The notes beneath the pieces are model-generated. The model saw nothing but the letters and a program-made list of their open reading frames with translations, did not search any database and was not told where the DNA came from. 64,000 nt of DNA from Monocercomonoides exilis PA203. Its lineage: Eukaryota > Protista > Preaxostyla. Numbering within the stretch: position 1 is the stretch's first letter; each line of letters starts with the position of its first letter. A program made the position numbers and the translations under genes. The DNA is taken from the NCBI GenBank assembly GCA_001643675.2, contig LSRY02000003.1:1550001-1614000 (forward strand). Reading direction: 5' to 3'. Below, piece by piece: positions 23,874 through 36,953 of the stretch.

Positions 23874-26456
23874 ATGCATTCTTTTACAGAAGAAGTTTGT
23901 CAAATAGACAAATCAAATTTATTGCAGCCTATTCCTTCTTATTCTTCTTCTTTTGATACAACATCGACCAATAATTTGCGTGGATATGATGCAGTTGCGA
24001 AACTTGTTATTGATGAGCATAAACCTTGTTATCAGCAGAAATCGTCTAATTTACTTAATTGGGATAATTTCATGAAACAATCGTCTGCAGAAGCATCACA
24101 CTTCTTCGAAAAGGAAAGTTCACATACGACAAAGAATGAAACTGTTAAATCTTCTTTTCCTTATTTGATTCATTCTTCACATATTGATCAAGATTTTGAA
24201 CATTCAGAGCTTTTGCGTTTTCCAATTGGAAAAAGTCATGAATCGATTGGGCCAAACACTCAACAACAATTTCATTATTCATTTGATTTCCCTTCTTCTA
24301 TTGATAAAAGTTCAAGTGAATTGGATCAAATTTATCAACGCTCTGACAACAATTTGAATGATTTTCAATGTCAACCCTCGAACAGTTCGTATCAAAATCC
24401 ACTTTATTTTGATAACTCAACTAAAGATACGCAAAACGAGCTTCAAGAGAAACGGCAAAATGAAATACCAGCAATGAATTTGGCAAATGCTTCAAGACAT
24501 TGCGAGAATTACTTTGAGATAGAAAAGGAGTATCCTATTTATTTTATGACTTCATGCGACCTTGTAAAAGAAGCGAGCATACAACTACATTTGCAAGAAA
24601 TGCAGAGGAAGCAAAAACAAATTCTTCAAAAAGATTCTTCATTTGAGAACGATAAGTGCCAGTCGATCAAAAATGATGCATTTTCTACCACCACCACAGC
24701 TCAAAACTCTCTTTGTATTTCTTTTCCTTTCAATCCTTCTTCAAAACCTCCTCTTTCAAATTTCATCTCTTCACATTATGTCGATTCTGCTTTGGAATGT
24801 GATTCGTCTTCGACAGAAGAAAACACTTCGTGTACTGAAACATCATCAACGCTGTCGTCTCATTCACTTGATCCTCACATCACAGAGACAATTGCCAGAT
24901 GGCATCCGGTTCGGGCAAGCCAGCGGGAGTTGTGCTACGACATTGACACGGAAAAGAACGGAGAGAGAGATTCAGCTATTGCACAGTTTCGCGAAGAGTG
25001 GATGGCTTTACGGTGGAAGAAAAGAGAAGAAAAGCAAGAAAGAAGAAGGATGATGATGGAAGAAAGGGTAGCGATTAACGAAGTTGTTGATCAAAGAAAG
25101 ACTGAAACAGAAGAGTCGTTTGATTTGCAATGTGATGAAGAAAATGATACTGAAAAGGAAAGAAGTGCTAATGAGTATTTCCACAACGCACGTTTGCGTG
25201 AAGAAAAGGAGAGACGAGCGAGGTTGCGCATAATTAAGAGGGAAATACAAGAAGCAAAGATGCACCTGAGACTGTTTGGAAAGTGGGTTGAGAATCCATT
25301 TCTTAGAAGCGAAGAAGAAAAACAGATGTGGGAAGAAGCGAGAAAGAAAGCGCTTGAGAAGAATAAGATTTTTGCACCTAAAGAGCTTTTGGAGAGGAAA
25401 GATATTCCAGTTGAAGGTAGCCAAGCGGAAGATTTGTCAAATGTTTCGGATGAGTTAACACTTGAGGAGTTACGAAACGTGCTTATTGAAGGTTCAGCAC
25501 GTGGAATGAGTGAACTTGATAAAGAGCAGCTAAAAATTAAAATTGGAAAAATGGAAGAGAAAATGGAAAAAGAAGTGAGAATGAAGGAAATGAGCGATTT
25601 GGATCGTTATGTTGAGCAGTGCGTGAAAGACTCAATGAGAAAAGCTGAAAAGCTGCAAAAGAAAAAGTCAAAACTTGAAAATGCAACACAACAAAAAAAA
25701 GAAGTTACTTCAACAAGCATATTCGAGCAATCTTTTTCTCATTTGCAAAAGCCAAATCAAACATGTTCATCGAATCGAACGAACTCATATCTGGGGGTTC
25801 AATGTTTTGCAAACACAGATTCTTCATTCAAAAGGACTTCAAATCCAACTTTTAACAGGACAGATGGTGAGTCGCTTCCACCTGAAAGAAAATGTTCTGC
25901 ATTATCAGATGAAGATCATTACTTGTTGTGGTTCTTTTCTCAAAGCGATGAAGCATTTATCTCCTCAAATGTGATGCATCCAGGAAAGAAAAGTTATTCG
26001 ATATCTCCCTCTCTCAATTTTGCATTTCCTCCATTTGTTGTTCCTTTTTGTTCGTTTTCTTCGTTTTCTCAATTGAAGTTAGCGTTCTTACCGAATCAAA
26101 CCAAGCGGGAACTTATAAGCAATGAGGAAAAAGTTGGAATTTATGATGATTCTATGGAAAGACCTGGATATTACAGTATTTTTGGTTTGCAAGAAAAAAC
26201 GCAAGAACAAAGAACAAATCGCGCATTAGCGTTCATTCGGAGAAAAGTTGCGTACACTCGAAAGAATCGAATTGAGTCACATAAAATCCTCTTCAATTTA
26301 ACAAATCATTTGATTGGCGAGAAAAAATTAGAAGGAAGCGATTGCTTGTGGACTTTTGATCGGCGTAATTGCAGAATTAAAAGAAAGAGAAGAAGAAAGA
26401 GGAAAAATGGAAGTGGAAATGATTTAGAAAACGAGAAAAGCATTGATAATGACTGA
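23874..26456 (+). CDS. Hypothetical 860-aa protein with a charged coiled-coil middle
   Basis: Long uninterrupted ORF, E/K/R-rich centre, basic NLS-like C-terminus. No recognisable domain. Confidence 0.7.
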   Translation: MHSFTEEVCQIDKSNLLQPIPSYSSSFDTTSTNNLRGYDAVAKLVIDEHKPCYQQKSSNLLNWDNFMKQSSAEASHFFEKESSHTTKNETVKSSFPYLIHSSHIDQDFEHSELLRFPIGKSHESIGPNTQQQFHYSFDFPSSIDKSSSELDQIYQRSDNNLNDFQCQPSNSSYQNPLYFDNSTKDTQNELQEKRQNEIPAMNLANASRHCENYFEIEKEYPIYFMTSCDLVKEASIQLHLQEMQRKQKQILQKDSSFENDKCQSIKNDAFSTTTTAQNSLCISFPFNPSSKPPLSNFISSHYVDSALECDSSSTEENTSCTETSSTLSSHSLDPHITETIARWHPVRASQRELCYDIDTEKNGERDSAIAQFREEWMALRWKKREEKQERRRMMMEERVAINEVVDQRKTETEESFDLQCDEENDTEKERSANEYFHNARLREEKERRARLRIIKREIQEAKMHLRLFGKWVENPFLRSEEEKQMWEEARKKALEKNKIFAPKELLERKDIPVEGSQAEDLSNVSDELTLEELRNVLIEGSARGMSELDKEQLKIKIGKMEEKMEKEVRMKEMSDLDRYVEQCVKDSMRKAEKLQKKKSKLENATQQKKEVTSTSIFEQSFSHLQKPNQTCSSNRTNSYLGVQCFANTDSSFKRTSNPTFNRTDGESLPPERKCSALSDEDHYLLWFFSQSDEAFISSNVMHPGKKSYSISPSLNFAFPPFVVPFCSFSSFSQLKLAFLPNQTKRELISNEEKVGIYDDSMERPGYYSIFGLQEKTQEQRTNRALAFIRRKVAYTRKNRIESHKILFNLTNHLIGEKKLEGSDCLWTFDRRNCRIKRKRRRKRKNGSGNDLENEKSIDND

Positions 26457-26909
26457 AAATAAAGCTATTCAGAAGAATGTTGTTTGATGTTTTTATTAAC
26501 AAATTGAAAACTTTTTTTGTCATATTGCTTTTGTTTTTAATAGCTTTTAATAATCACATGTTTTAATGAAATTAAGAAGTTTGAGAAAGTGATAAATTAA
26601 TTAACACTTTTTTTTTAGAAATTGTAGAGTTGGTTAATGTCGAATTGTTTTTCCTTCTAAAACGGATTGAGCATCCTCTTTTTTCCTTTGAATAATTAAG
26701 TGCTATTAATTCAGTATCTCGAGATTATTGAAGTTTTCAATAGAAATCGCCTACTCAAAAAGTACTCTTCTTAGCTGAATGCAGTGTGGAATAATTGCAA
26801 CGTTTTAATAGACAAATTACATTTTCAACTCTTTGCCTGTTTTTGAACAATTTTTAATTGGAAAAAAACCAACAAACCGACTAAAACAAAGCATTGAGAT
26901 GAAGTATTC

Positions 26910-26933
26910 AACACACACACACACACACACACA
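26910..26933. repeat. (AC)n microsatellite
   Basis: AC run. Confidence 0.9.
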
Positions 26934-27024
26934 AAAAAAAAATGAACTTAAAATGCAATGAACATGATCAAATTCTCAATCATTGACCGTTCACAAATAA
27001 GAAAGCTCCACTTTTCATTACGTT

Positions 27025-28743
27025 TTATCTCCACACTAATTTCAAGTCATCAGACTTCTTTTTGAATGAAAATTTGTGGATAGTCCTCATATTTATAAGT
27101 GTAACTGTTGCCCCAACTTTTCCCAGCCCAACCTAAAATAAAATCACGAAATTTTTAAGAGAGAGGAGAAGAAATAAAAAATAACAGCATTATTTCTTTT
27201 GAATCGCCGGAATGTCAAAATATAACAGCAAACTCCAGGCACAATAACTTTCGGTATTCCTGTGTAGTAAATTCTCTGTCTCTTTTTATCCTTAAAGAAT
27301 ATCACCATCTTCTTTTTCATGTTGATCTCCATCCCCAATCTGTCCCCATCCTGGAATGTTTCGTTCCCGCTGGTGCTCGTCCCACCCTGGTACGTGCTTC
27401 CTCCCGCATACCACGCCATCGACTGCGAATCGTGGCCAAAGCAGGAAGAAGGAGAATACGTCCTCGGGAACACAGCAATGCCAAACACAGGCGTCCAGCT
27501 GCCGTATCTCGCATCCTTCATCATAAACTCAAATTTCCAGATTCCCTTTTTCACGGGCTTCTTTAGCATGCTCATCCCCGTGGTTGAGCTGGACCACGTA
27601 AGCACATTTTTCTTCAATGTGACTCCGGAAAGGGTTGGATTCGCCCATCCAATAGTCACCTCTATCATGAATCGAAAGAATGTAAGAAATAGAAAAGAAA
27701 AGAAGTTAAATAAATAAAAATATAAATATAAAAATCTGCAAGTATTTAAGAATTATTTCAGAAATCAAATAAAAAATGTTGATATTTTTCATTTTAAATC
27801 AAAAATTCATGTTTTGAATTTAAAATTATTTTTTTTTTTAATATTTTTCAAACTTCCTTTCGGCATCTTTTCTTTTTTCTTTTTCTTATCTGAATCTGAA
27901 TCACTGGATGAGGAATCCGAGGACGAATCGGAATCAGAGCTTTCATCTGATTCTGAAGACGAGTCGGAATCATCATCAGAATCTTCATCAGAACTTGATT
28001 CTGAATCAGAAGATGAATCAGATGAAGATTCGGATTTGTGCTCTTTCTTCTTCTTCTTCTTGCTTGATTTCTTAGCTTTTTTCTCCTTTTTATCTTTCTT
28101 TTCCTCTTTTTCCTCCTCATCATCTTTTGTAGCTGATTTGGGTGAAAAAGAGATCTTGAATATTATTGAAAATTTTCATATTTGAACAAAATCTCAAAAA
28201 TTAATAATATGCAAACTTCATCGGGATCTGGACCTGGGATATCCACAAACTGATCAATAGCACATTTGCATACTGTCTTCATTGTTGATAATTCCTGTAT
28301 CGGTAAATAAAATCAAAATTTTTAACGTGAGTTATTGGAATCGTTCGTTTAAAAAAATGTGCTTCAAAAATTGTCAATAACCTCGACAAGTTCTGAAGTG
28401 AATCTGGTTTGGAATTGTTCAAGATCTTTTTCTGTGATTGGCTTTTCATCTTTAAAAAATCATTTCAAAGCAATTAAAAATACGAATTTTAAAATATGCA
28501 ATGAAAATTTTATCGAATTTATTCAAAAATAAAACCAATTTCTTCTTCTTTGCTGAACGCTTTGTTCAATGCTACTTCAATGGGACTATCTTCTTCAACG
28601 ATTCCTTCATTAGTCAAAGCAACTGCAAGTGATTTAATTAATGACACGAGCTTTGCTTTCTTTTCTTCTGTTTTTAATGCTGATCCAACTTCCAAAGCTG
28701 ATAGGATGTTTTCATCTGAAGGAGAGAGCGATTTGCCTTCCAT
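27025..28743 (-). CDS. SPRY/B30.2-domain protein, 6 exons, with a Lys- and Ser/Asp-rich linker
   Basis: Exons join in frame through GTTTG/GTTTT/GTTAT..AG introns. SPRY-like KKGIWKFEF...FGIA...FQDGDRLGMEINMKKKMVIFFKD. Ends DLKLVWR*. Confidence 0.8.
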
Positions 28744-29560
28744 TGAAAAAGACTTTTAATTTGGGTCTTTTGATCACATTAATATTCTAATTTTTATATT
28801 CACTTTTTATAGTTATGATTTAATCATGAAATTCAGAGAAATATAATTTCTAATTTTTTGACAAATATTATAAAGCAATCTGCAAATTTTGATTGAGAAA
28901 ATTTGTTATTATTCATATTTTTTTCTGTAAATAATTCGAAAAAATAATATTTGTCTTCCATCGATATGTTGATTATCCTTCTTTTATGAATCGAAGGATT
29001 ATTATTTAATTTATTATTTTCCAAAAATAGATGTTGAAATTTGATAATGAATTTTCATTTCAAAGAACATCAATCAATTCGAATAAAACATAACTTTGTT
29101 CAAAAAAAATGTGCACAACTCTCAAATTAACTCACTTCTTTTTTTCAATTCTCAACTTCATTTGAGAAAGTGAAAAATAAAAATCGACTTTAATTTGGAT
29201 AATTTAATTCCTTCAAAAACGCACTTGAAAAAAAAAAAATTAGTTCAGTGATTTTTTTTAATTTTTTAAGCGCAATATTTACATATTTTTTCCTTCAAGT
29301 TTTTCGAAATTGATAATGACTGACTTGTTGTTTATCGAGAATTCAATTCATGAGTACAAGTTTATAATTCGAAATAAATTCTTATTTGAAAATGGATATC
29401 ATTCAAAGTCAAATTTTTTGCATTAATCCCAAATAAAAATAATGGAATAAAAATTTAAATAATATTCGATATTTAACTTTCAAAATTATTACGCATTATG
29501 AGAGTTAAATGAATGGATTAAATAAATTCTTTTCAAGTGGGGTATCAGAACTTTCAAAAC

Positions 29561-29934
29561 GGAAAATGTTTATAACCTTTCCTCAACGCAGATGAATGAA
29601 ACAAGGAGAAGATGGCTAAAGATTAACAAAATTACACATGGAAGACAAGAAAGTCAGTCCACCCGAAAAGAGAGACAAGTCACTTTCACAGAAATGGATT
29701 TGGCACTTTCTTTTCAATGAGTGTTTTTTGGAGAATTTTTATCATGTTCTGACAGAACAACCAATTTATTCGCAATTCAATTTGTGGGATGCTTGAAGCA
29801 GAAGGCGTTCATTGAATATCACATGGTGTTTATATATTCAAAATCTTCATCTTCATCTTCTTCGGCAATTCAATCAACTCTCCCACTCACTGATTTATTC
29901 TTCAACATTTCATCCATCTGTCAATTCTGCTGCT
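29561..29934. repeat. Diverged direct repeat of 47835-48191 (distal 3' flank of minus-strand family copies)
   Basis: Colinear from GGAAAATGTT...GGAGAAGATGGCTAAAGATT to CAACATTTCATCC. Confidence 0.85.
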
Positions 29935-31604
29935 GATTTCTCGTTCAATATTCATCTCTCTTGAAGCTCATATCTTTAGATCAAAATCATCATTGTTCAT
30001 CTTCATCACCATTTTCCAAAAACGCATTTTGTTTCAAATTCTTCTCGACAAACCGTCAACAAACATTAAACACTTCACAACTGATATTTCTTCGTTCTTC
30101 TTGTTCTTCTATCATCATCAACAACAAAGAAATCATGATAGTCTCAAACAGAATTTCTTCTTTTTCGTCTTCATTAAGAATGTCTTTTATAACAGAAAAA
30201 TTGGAGAACAAATGGGAAAAGGCAAAGAAAGACTTTTCCATTGAACACATCAATCATTTGCATCAAAGCTGTGAGTTCATTCGCTGCGTCTTTTCAATTC
30301 ATTCTCAGCAACCAAAAATAAAAAGTTTGATATTTTCATGAATGCATTGTTTTTGTATTGGGCTTGAGAAAAAAGGGGGTTTGGAAGAATAGATTTTAAG
30401 AACATTTCATGAATTGAAGAAAAATGGAGAGGAAAAGAACAATTTTGAGCAGAGATTAAGAGAGATCAGTCAAGGAAATAGAATAAGGATAGAAAATGAT
30501 TGATGAATGAAGAAATATTTATTTATGTGGCAACAAAGCAGATGAAGGGGAAATGCAATTGGAGCAGAACTTTTGGATTATATTGTGAGAAAAGAATGTG
30601 AGTGAGGTATCTTCTCTTTCTCCATCAATAAGAAAAAGCAGATAAAAGCAGAATGATGAAAGAAAAAGGAAAAAGAGATATGAAAAACTGGACAAAAATG
30701 AGAAGAATGTGAAGAGCAATTAATTCTGATTGACTTGTTCTGTCATTCATATTCTGAGTTGGAGCATTGGATTAGTTTCTTTTTCAGCCATGTTTGCTGT
30801 TGTTGTCTTTGGTGCTCACAAAGCTGAACGTTGAATTCTTCATTAAAGCTATCATCACCATTGCTGCTGAATCCTTCTCAAGAAATTTCATTTCGTTCTT
30901 CATCTTCATCATTGTCTTCTTCTTCTCGTGTATTGGTGCCAAATAAAATTTTGGAAAAAAAAGCAGACAGAATTTGTGAATGAAGAAGCTAACAAACAAA
31001 CAAACAAAGGCAGAAATGGAATAATGATGAATGGGAAAGTGTGAAAAATATCATTTGGTTGAATATTGTGGAGGAAAAATCAGTTGTTTCTTCGATATTT
31101 TGGATCTCTCGAAATACATTAAATGACTCTGTCAAAGCACCGAAGAACAAAAAAACAGTTTTTTGAAACAGAAAATTTCTTGTTGAAAAAATTCATTGGG
31201 GTTGCATTTATTGGAAGAATTTCTATGAAATAAGAAGAGAAATGATAAAAATGAACAAAAGAGAGCAGGTGAAAAAGGATAAATTGGCTATTGTTGAAAA
31301 TGAAGATGATTCAAACGAAGAAATACATTTTGAGAGACGAATAATAGAAAGCATTCCCAAAAGCAACAAGTGGAATTTGCATTTGATGAAAAGGAGAAAA
31401 TAGATGAAGAAATTTTGAAGAAGTATTTTTATCTGATCTGACGTTATAGATTTTTGAAAAATAAGCGATGATATAAACTTCAAATGAAAAGAAGATGAAA
31501 GCTCATGAATTTTTCAATGATATGGAAAATGAATCAAAATTTGAAGATGAAACGATTAAAGAAAGTTTAATATTTAAAATGATGAAAATTAGAAAAGCAT
31601 TGAA

Positions 31605-32861
31605 TTAAGAAATCGGAAAAAGTTTATCATTTCCAGTGATTTTTGTGTCAACTGCGCTGAAGGTGAGTGTTTGAGTTGGAACAAATATTGAGGAAAGGAG
31701 GGTGAGAGAGGCGTCTTGGGTATCTGTCATGCGAACAAGAGCAAATTCAATTGTTTTGCATGGATTGAGTTGTGTGATTCCGCAGAGATCGGTGTTTGTT
31801 CCATTATTTGACACGATTTTGAATGTTGTTATGAGAGGAAGCCATCTGTTGAACACAGCGTTATCAGCTGTTCCTGCATTCCAGACTCTTTTTGATTCTG
31901 TTGTTGACCCGCACTGATTGAATGGGGATTGGGTGATGCTGCTGCCATTGAAGAACGCATCATTCCCCATTCCATTAGTTGCGGAATTGCCATCGAAGAA
32001 GCAGAAAGTGATGAATTTGAACCCGCTCATCCAATCATATGTTCTTGTGCAGCACAGCGCAGCACCGCCGTAGGTAGTTGGATTTTCGACTTTGTTGTTG
32101 ATGAACTGGCACTCTTGGAGCAAATATTGAAGAGGTATTACTGGTGGAGGGTAATGAAACGTGACTGCGCCAGTCGCATTTCCACCAGTATTTGCGATAC
32201 AGACACAATTTTTGAACAAAAATTTTCCATTTGATGTCATGTTATCAAGCACGATTTCCCAGCCAGTTCCACACCAACTTGTTATTTCGCAACTTTCAAC
32301 TCGGTTTTCTGATAATACCCAAACAGAACTGGATTGCGGCCAGCCAATATAAGCAGCTCCTCCATGAGCCGCAGTACAACTTGTGAAATTGGATTTTGCG
32401 ATATCAATCTTCAACGAAAGATTACAATATAACGCTCCACCGTATCCGTTACTTGAGCATTTGTTGAATGAACAGGAAGTGATTGTGAGATTGGCATTTG
32501 CACAATAAACATAAAGTGCACCGCCAGATGAAGATCCACCAGTTGAATCATTCCATTCGCACCACTCAAAGCGATAGCTATTCAAAGCAGTGAAGGACAA
32601 TCTGCTTAATTTCTCTCTGTGAGTTTCATTTCCAATGTGTTCAACAGGAGCATTTGGTGAAGAGCGTGTTTGGTGGAGAAAAGAGGTATTGAAGGCAGAG
32701 AGAGAGGTGGATGGGCAGTTGATGGAAGGGAGAATGGCACCATCGATGGGGTTGTGGGTGTGGAGGAAGATGATTGAGATGAATGCGAAAAATATTTGGA
32801 GGATTTTGTTTGTCAGAAGAATACGCAATAATAAAAGAGGAGAAAAAAATAGAAATTTCAT
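31605..32861 (-). CDS. Pmp-like family copy 3a (family homology starts at IFLHTHNPIDG)
   Basis: 418-aa ORF identical to 40354-41610. The N-terminal ~30 aa are unrelated to copy 1. Coding versus silent status unknown. Confidence 0.6.
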   Translation of the reverse strand: MKFLFFSPLLLLRILLTNKILQIFFAFISIIFLHTHNPIDGAILPSINCPSTSLSAFNTSFLHQTRSSPNAPVEHIGNETHREKLSRLSFTALNSYRFEWCEWNDSTGGSSSGGALYVYCANANLTITSCSFNKCSSNGYGGALYCNLSLKIDIAKSNFTSCTAAHGGAAYIGWPQSSSVWVLSENRVESCEITSWCGTGWEIVLDNMTSNGKFLFKNCVCIANTGGNATGAVTFHYPPPVIPLQYLLQECQFINNKVENPTTYGGAALCCTRTYDWMSGFKFITFCFFDGNSATNGMGNDAFFNGSSITQSPFNQCGSTTESKRVWNAGTADNAVFNRWLPLITTFKIVSNNGTNTDLCGITQLNPCKTIEFALVRMTDTQDASLTLLSSIFVPTQTLTFSAVDTKITGNDKLFPIS

Positions 32862-32949
32862 CGAAACTCTCTGTTTTTATTTGTTATCATTCTCCTCAGC
32901 AAATCTCGACCTTTAATCAACGTATTTGATTTGTTCGTCATCGTCGTCT

Positions 32950-33105
32950 CCTCCTCCTTCTTCTTCTTCTTCTTCACATTCTTCTTCTTCTTCTTCTACT
33001 TCTTCTTCTTCTTCTTCTTTTTCTTCTTCACCTTCTTCTTCTTCTTCTTCTTCTTCACCTTCTTCTTCACCTTCTTCTTCACCTTCTTCTTCACCTTCTT
33101 CTTCC
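32950..33105. repeat. TCT/TCACCT low-complexity tract, mirrored at ~40110-40265
   Basis: Imperfect trinucleotide and 12-mer repeat lying upstream of copy 3. Confidence 0.9.
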
Positions 33106-34082
33106 TCTCATTTTTTTCTGCTTCATCTTTGTTGATCTATTACTTCCTGCTGGGTCAGAGCATCGACTTTCTGATGCATTTCAGCTGTGCAATCAGCAGC
33201 TCTGCAAAATTGAACGAAAAATAGCTTCATTCACATTTCTTCCTCTCAACGACCGTTCACCAAATACGCCTTTATTTCATGTTTCATTCGCAATATTGGA
33301 AATGAAATGTCATCTGTACAAAATCTACTTTTCATTCTAATTGTCTTTTTCTTCTTCAACGCCTTCTTCGATGATTGACAAAAATAATGTTGATTTTTAC
33401 GTTTCATTCAACTCCCGTCAAATTCAGCGCAAGGCCTTGTCTTTCATTCCTACTCAGATAGACGAAAGAAATATTTATTCTGACATAGAATTTCAATCAA
33501 CCTAACACAGCAACGGAAATGATTCTATAACCTATCGAGAAAAGCCGACCACAAAGTGCACAATAAAAAATAGAAATAGAATCTGAATTATTTATTTTGA
33601 ATCTGAAAGAATTACAGAAAACAGAAGGAGCAGGGCAGAAGACGTTATTTGGAACAAATTATAATGTGGATGATCTTCGAGAGATTGCATAATGTCATGC
33701 GCCTTCAATATATCACAGAAGATGAAACAAAGAGAGAAAGCAATTTTGAGGAAAAGTCATGTTTGAAGGGAAGTCATATGAGATTCTGGTACTAATTGGA
33801 TGCAAGCAAGTTGAAATCGGAAAGGTGAAGAAAATATAAACTGAAGAAAATTGCCTGATATATATGAATATATTTCTTTTGAAGATACGACAGCAATGAA
33901 TCTTTTTTCATGAGCTTAATTTGTAGTTGATGGAGAAGAAAAATTAGATGAGGTAATGACGAAGAAATATTTTTGTCTTGTTGATGTTATGGATTTCTGA
34001 AAAAAATAATGATGATATATACTCCAATTGAAAAAGCTATGATAGCTTATGAATTTTTCTATGATATGGAAAATGAAAGAAT

Positions 34083-35459
34083 TTATATGAGAACCTGAAA
34101 AAATTCATCATTTCCTGTTGTTTTTGTGTCAGCAGCGCTGGATGTGAGTGTTTGAGTTGGGACAAATGCTGAGGTGAGGAGGGTGAGAGAGGCGTCTTGG
34201 AGGAGGGAAATGAAGTCAGTGAGGGCATACTCGATGGTGGCACATGGGGTCTGTTGGGGTCTGCCACAGGCATCTGTATTGGTTCCATTGCTGGCAACGA
34301 TTTTGTTCTGGGCGATGAGGGGGAGCCAGCCATTGAACACGGTATTATCAGCTGTATTGTTATTCCACACTCTTTGTGTTGGAGTTGTTGAGCCACAATT
34401 CTCAAATGGAGATTGGGCTATAGAACTGCCACTGAAGAACACATCGTTTCCTCTGCCATTTTTGGCAGTGTTGCCATCGAAGAAACAGAATGTGATGAAT
34501 TTATTTCCGCTCATCCAGGAATAAGTTGAATTGAAGAAAATTGCAGCACCTCCATATTTGACAGAGGCAGTCAATTTGTTATTAATAAATTGGCAATCAT
34601 TTATTAAAAACTGACCTGGATTATTGCTTGGAGGATTTTGAAAAGTGAGAGAGCCAGCAGAATCACCACCAGAATTTGCAATGCACTTGCATTTGGTGAA
34701 CAGGAATTGGCCAGATGCAGACAAGTCATTTAGCAAGAAATACCAGCCAGTTCCACACCAATTTGTTATTGAACAACTTTCCACTCTGTTATCTGAGAAT
34801 GTCCAAACAGAATTTGATTGTGGATTTGCAGCATGGACTGCTCCTCCATGAGCAGCCGAGCAACTTGTGAAATTGGATTTTGCGATATCAATCTTCAACG
34901 AAAGATTACAATACAACGCTCCACCATGGCCATTACCTGTGCATGAACAATTGTTAAATGAACAGGAAGTGATTGTGAGATTGGCATTTGCACAATAAAC
35001 ATAAAGCGCTCCTCCATAACTTGATCCACCAGTTGAATCATTCCATTCACACCATTCAAATTTATGGCTGTTAGCATCAAAGGAATCCAGTCTTCCAGGT
35101 TTCGCTCTTTGAGATTCGGTTCCAACATGTACAACAGCAGCATTTGGAGAAGAGCGTGTTTGGTGAAGAAAAGAGGCGTTGAATGCAGAGAGAGAAGTGG
35201 AGGGGCTATTGAGGTCGGGGAGGATGGCACCATCGATGGGGTTGTGGGTGTGGAGGAAGATGGATGAGTGGATGGAGAGGGATGAGTGAAGGGAGAATGA
35301 GGGGATTGAATTGGTGTTGGTGTTGGTGGAAGTGGAAGAAGAGGAAGAAGTGGTTGATGTGAATGGATAAAGTGAGTGCGAGGGAAGGGATGGAAGGGTT
35401 GGATGGATCGAGAAAGAAATCAAAGAATGAAAAGAAGTTAGGAATGCGATGTGTTTCAT
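34083..35459 (-). CDS. Pmp-like family copy 4a (5'-truncated class)
   Basis: 458-aa ORF identical to 37756-39132. Homology starts at TLPSLPSHSL. Confidence 0.6.
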   Translation of the reverse strand: MKHIAFLTSFHSLISFSIHPTLPSLPSHSLYPFTSTTSSSSSTSTNTNTNSIPSFSLHSSLSIHSSIFLHTHNPIDGAILPDLNSPSTSLSAFNASFLHQTRSSPNAAVVHVGTESQRAKPGRLDSFDANSHKFEWCEWNDSTGGSSYGGALYVYCANANLTITSCSFNNCSCTGNGHGGALYCNLSLKIDIAKSNFTSCSAAHGGAVHAANPQSNSVWTFSDNRVESCSITNWCGTGWYFLLNDLSASGQFLFTKCKCIANSGGDSAGSLTFQNPPSNNPGQFLINDCQFINNKLTASVKYGGAAIFFNSTYSWMSGNKFITFCFFDGNTAKNGRGNDVFFSGSSIAQSPFENCGSTTPTQRVWNNNTADNTVFNGWLPLIAQNKIVASNGTNTDACGRPQQTPCATIEYALTDFISLLQDASLTLLTSAFVPTQTLTSSAADTKTTGNDEFFQVLI

Positions 35460-36695
35460 TGAAACAACTTTTATGTTTATGCTTGGAGCAATGAAGATTT
35501 TTTGGAATATGGCAAAAGCCTTTTTTTAAAAAAAAAATTAAATTTGCATTCAACTGGATTGTGTTTTGTGCAATGAAAGCACAAAAGTTTTTTGAAGCAA
35601 CGTTCAATTCTCGAATCAAATTTTTATTTTGTTTCATTATCATAATATTTTTTTGTCATGTTTGTATTGAAAAATAAATGACTGCATATTTTGAATAAGC
35701 AATGTTTGCTAAATACTTTTATAAAAAATAAAAAAAGCAAAAACTATGACAAAGTTAGAAATCAACAGCCTTTTTTTTCAGATTAAATTTTTTATAGATT
35801 TCATGTTCAATCGAATAAATTAAATTGTTCATTGAAGTTTTCTTTGTTTGAATTATTAAATCTAATTTTCATTTCATCAAACTGAACTTTTTTGCTTTTT
35901 GAAGTTGGGTTCAATTGTTGAAAATAAAAATAGAAAATAGAAAAACATAAAATATGCACCCTATTTGAAGTGTAACATGCTCTAATGAGTATTCGGGATC
36001 AAGTCTGTTGCTTTCAAAATTTTGTTCCAACCAGCATTTTTGAACCTTTTCGTTAACAGATAAATTTTCAATTTTTCAACTTTTTTTTATTTAAAAATGT
36101 TAAACTTTTAATGATTTGAAAGCAGAATTTGTTTGGAGCAAATAATGGTTTTTCTTTCAATAAGGAAATAATATTTTCCCCATTTTCTGGTCATGCCAAC
36201 GATTTATCTTAAGATATTTTGTGTTTCAAAAAATGAACGATGATGAGAACTTTTAAATATGATTCAAGAATTATTTTCTTCTTTCTAATTAAATTTTTTC
36301 TCACTTTGTTTTCAATTACAAACTTTTTTTTAAAAATAAACAGTAGCCATTATTGGATGTGAAATGTCAAAGTGTATTTTTCATCTTATTGGAAAAAATA
36401 TGTACCATAAAGCTTTTTTTTTTTATCACAAAGCATAAAAAAATTGTTTCGCTCACAACATTATTAAGCTTTAACAGATTTCAAAATAAATTGAACCTTC
36501 ATATCTGCAATAAGATATCATTGATATACTAGCAAATGTTTTGTGACTTCAAACGTATTTCAAAAAACCAACAAATTTTATATGTTGGGTCAGTAATTTA
36601 TCAAACCCCTTTTTTTTCGGGACCTAAAATTTCTGGCTTTCCTGAGCACTTTTGGAAAAAAGCAAATAACAGAAAACCTTCAAAATATTATATCA

Positions 36696-36953
36696 TGGGT
36701 GATTATTTTTGAAATCATATATTTTCATTCATATTTTTCGATTCGAAAATTAACATTGAATATCAGTTAACGAACTCTGAATTGTGAACAGGCTTATCCA
36801 AGAAAAGTTTATCTTTATATCAGCTTGAAGTATTTTTTTTGAAACAGAAATAATGATATTCTCATTTAAATTCAAAATTTTATCTCAGTGATAAACAACC
36901 TTTCAAAAATCAACAACTAGAAAAAAAGTTATGATTTCAAAAATAATCACCCA
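36696..36953. mobile_element. 258-bp MITE with perfect 24-bp TIRs
   Basis: TGGGTGATTATTTTTGAAATCATA at 36696-36719 and its exact reverse complement at 36930-36953. Confidence 0.75.

Noticed and set aside
30300-31500. Coding-like purine-rich stretch (also 7500-7950)
   Set aside because: Multiple stops in all frames and no assignable product.
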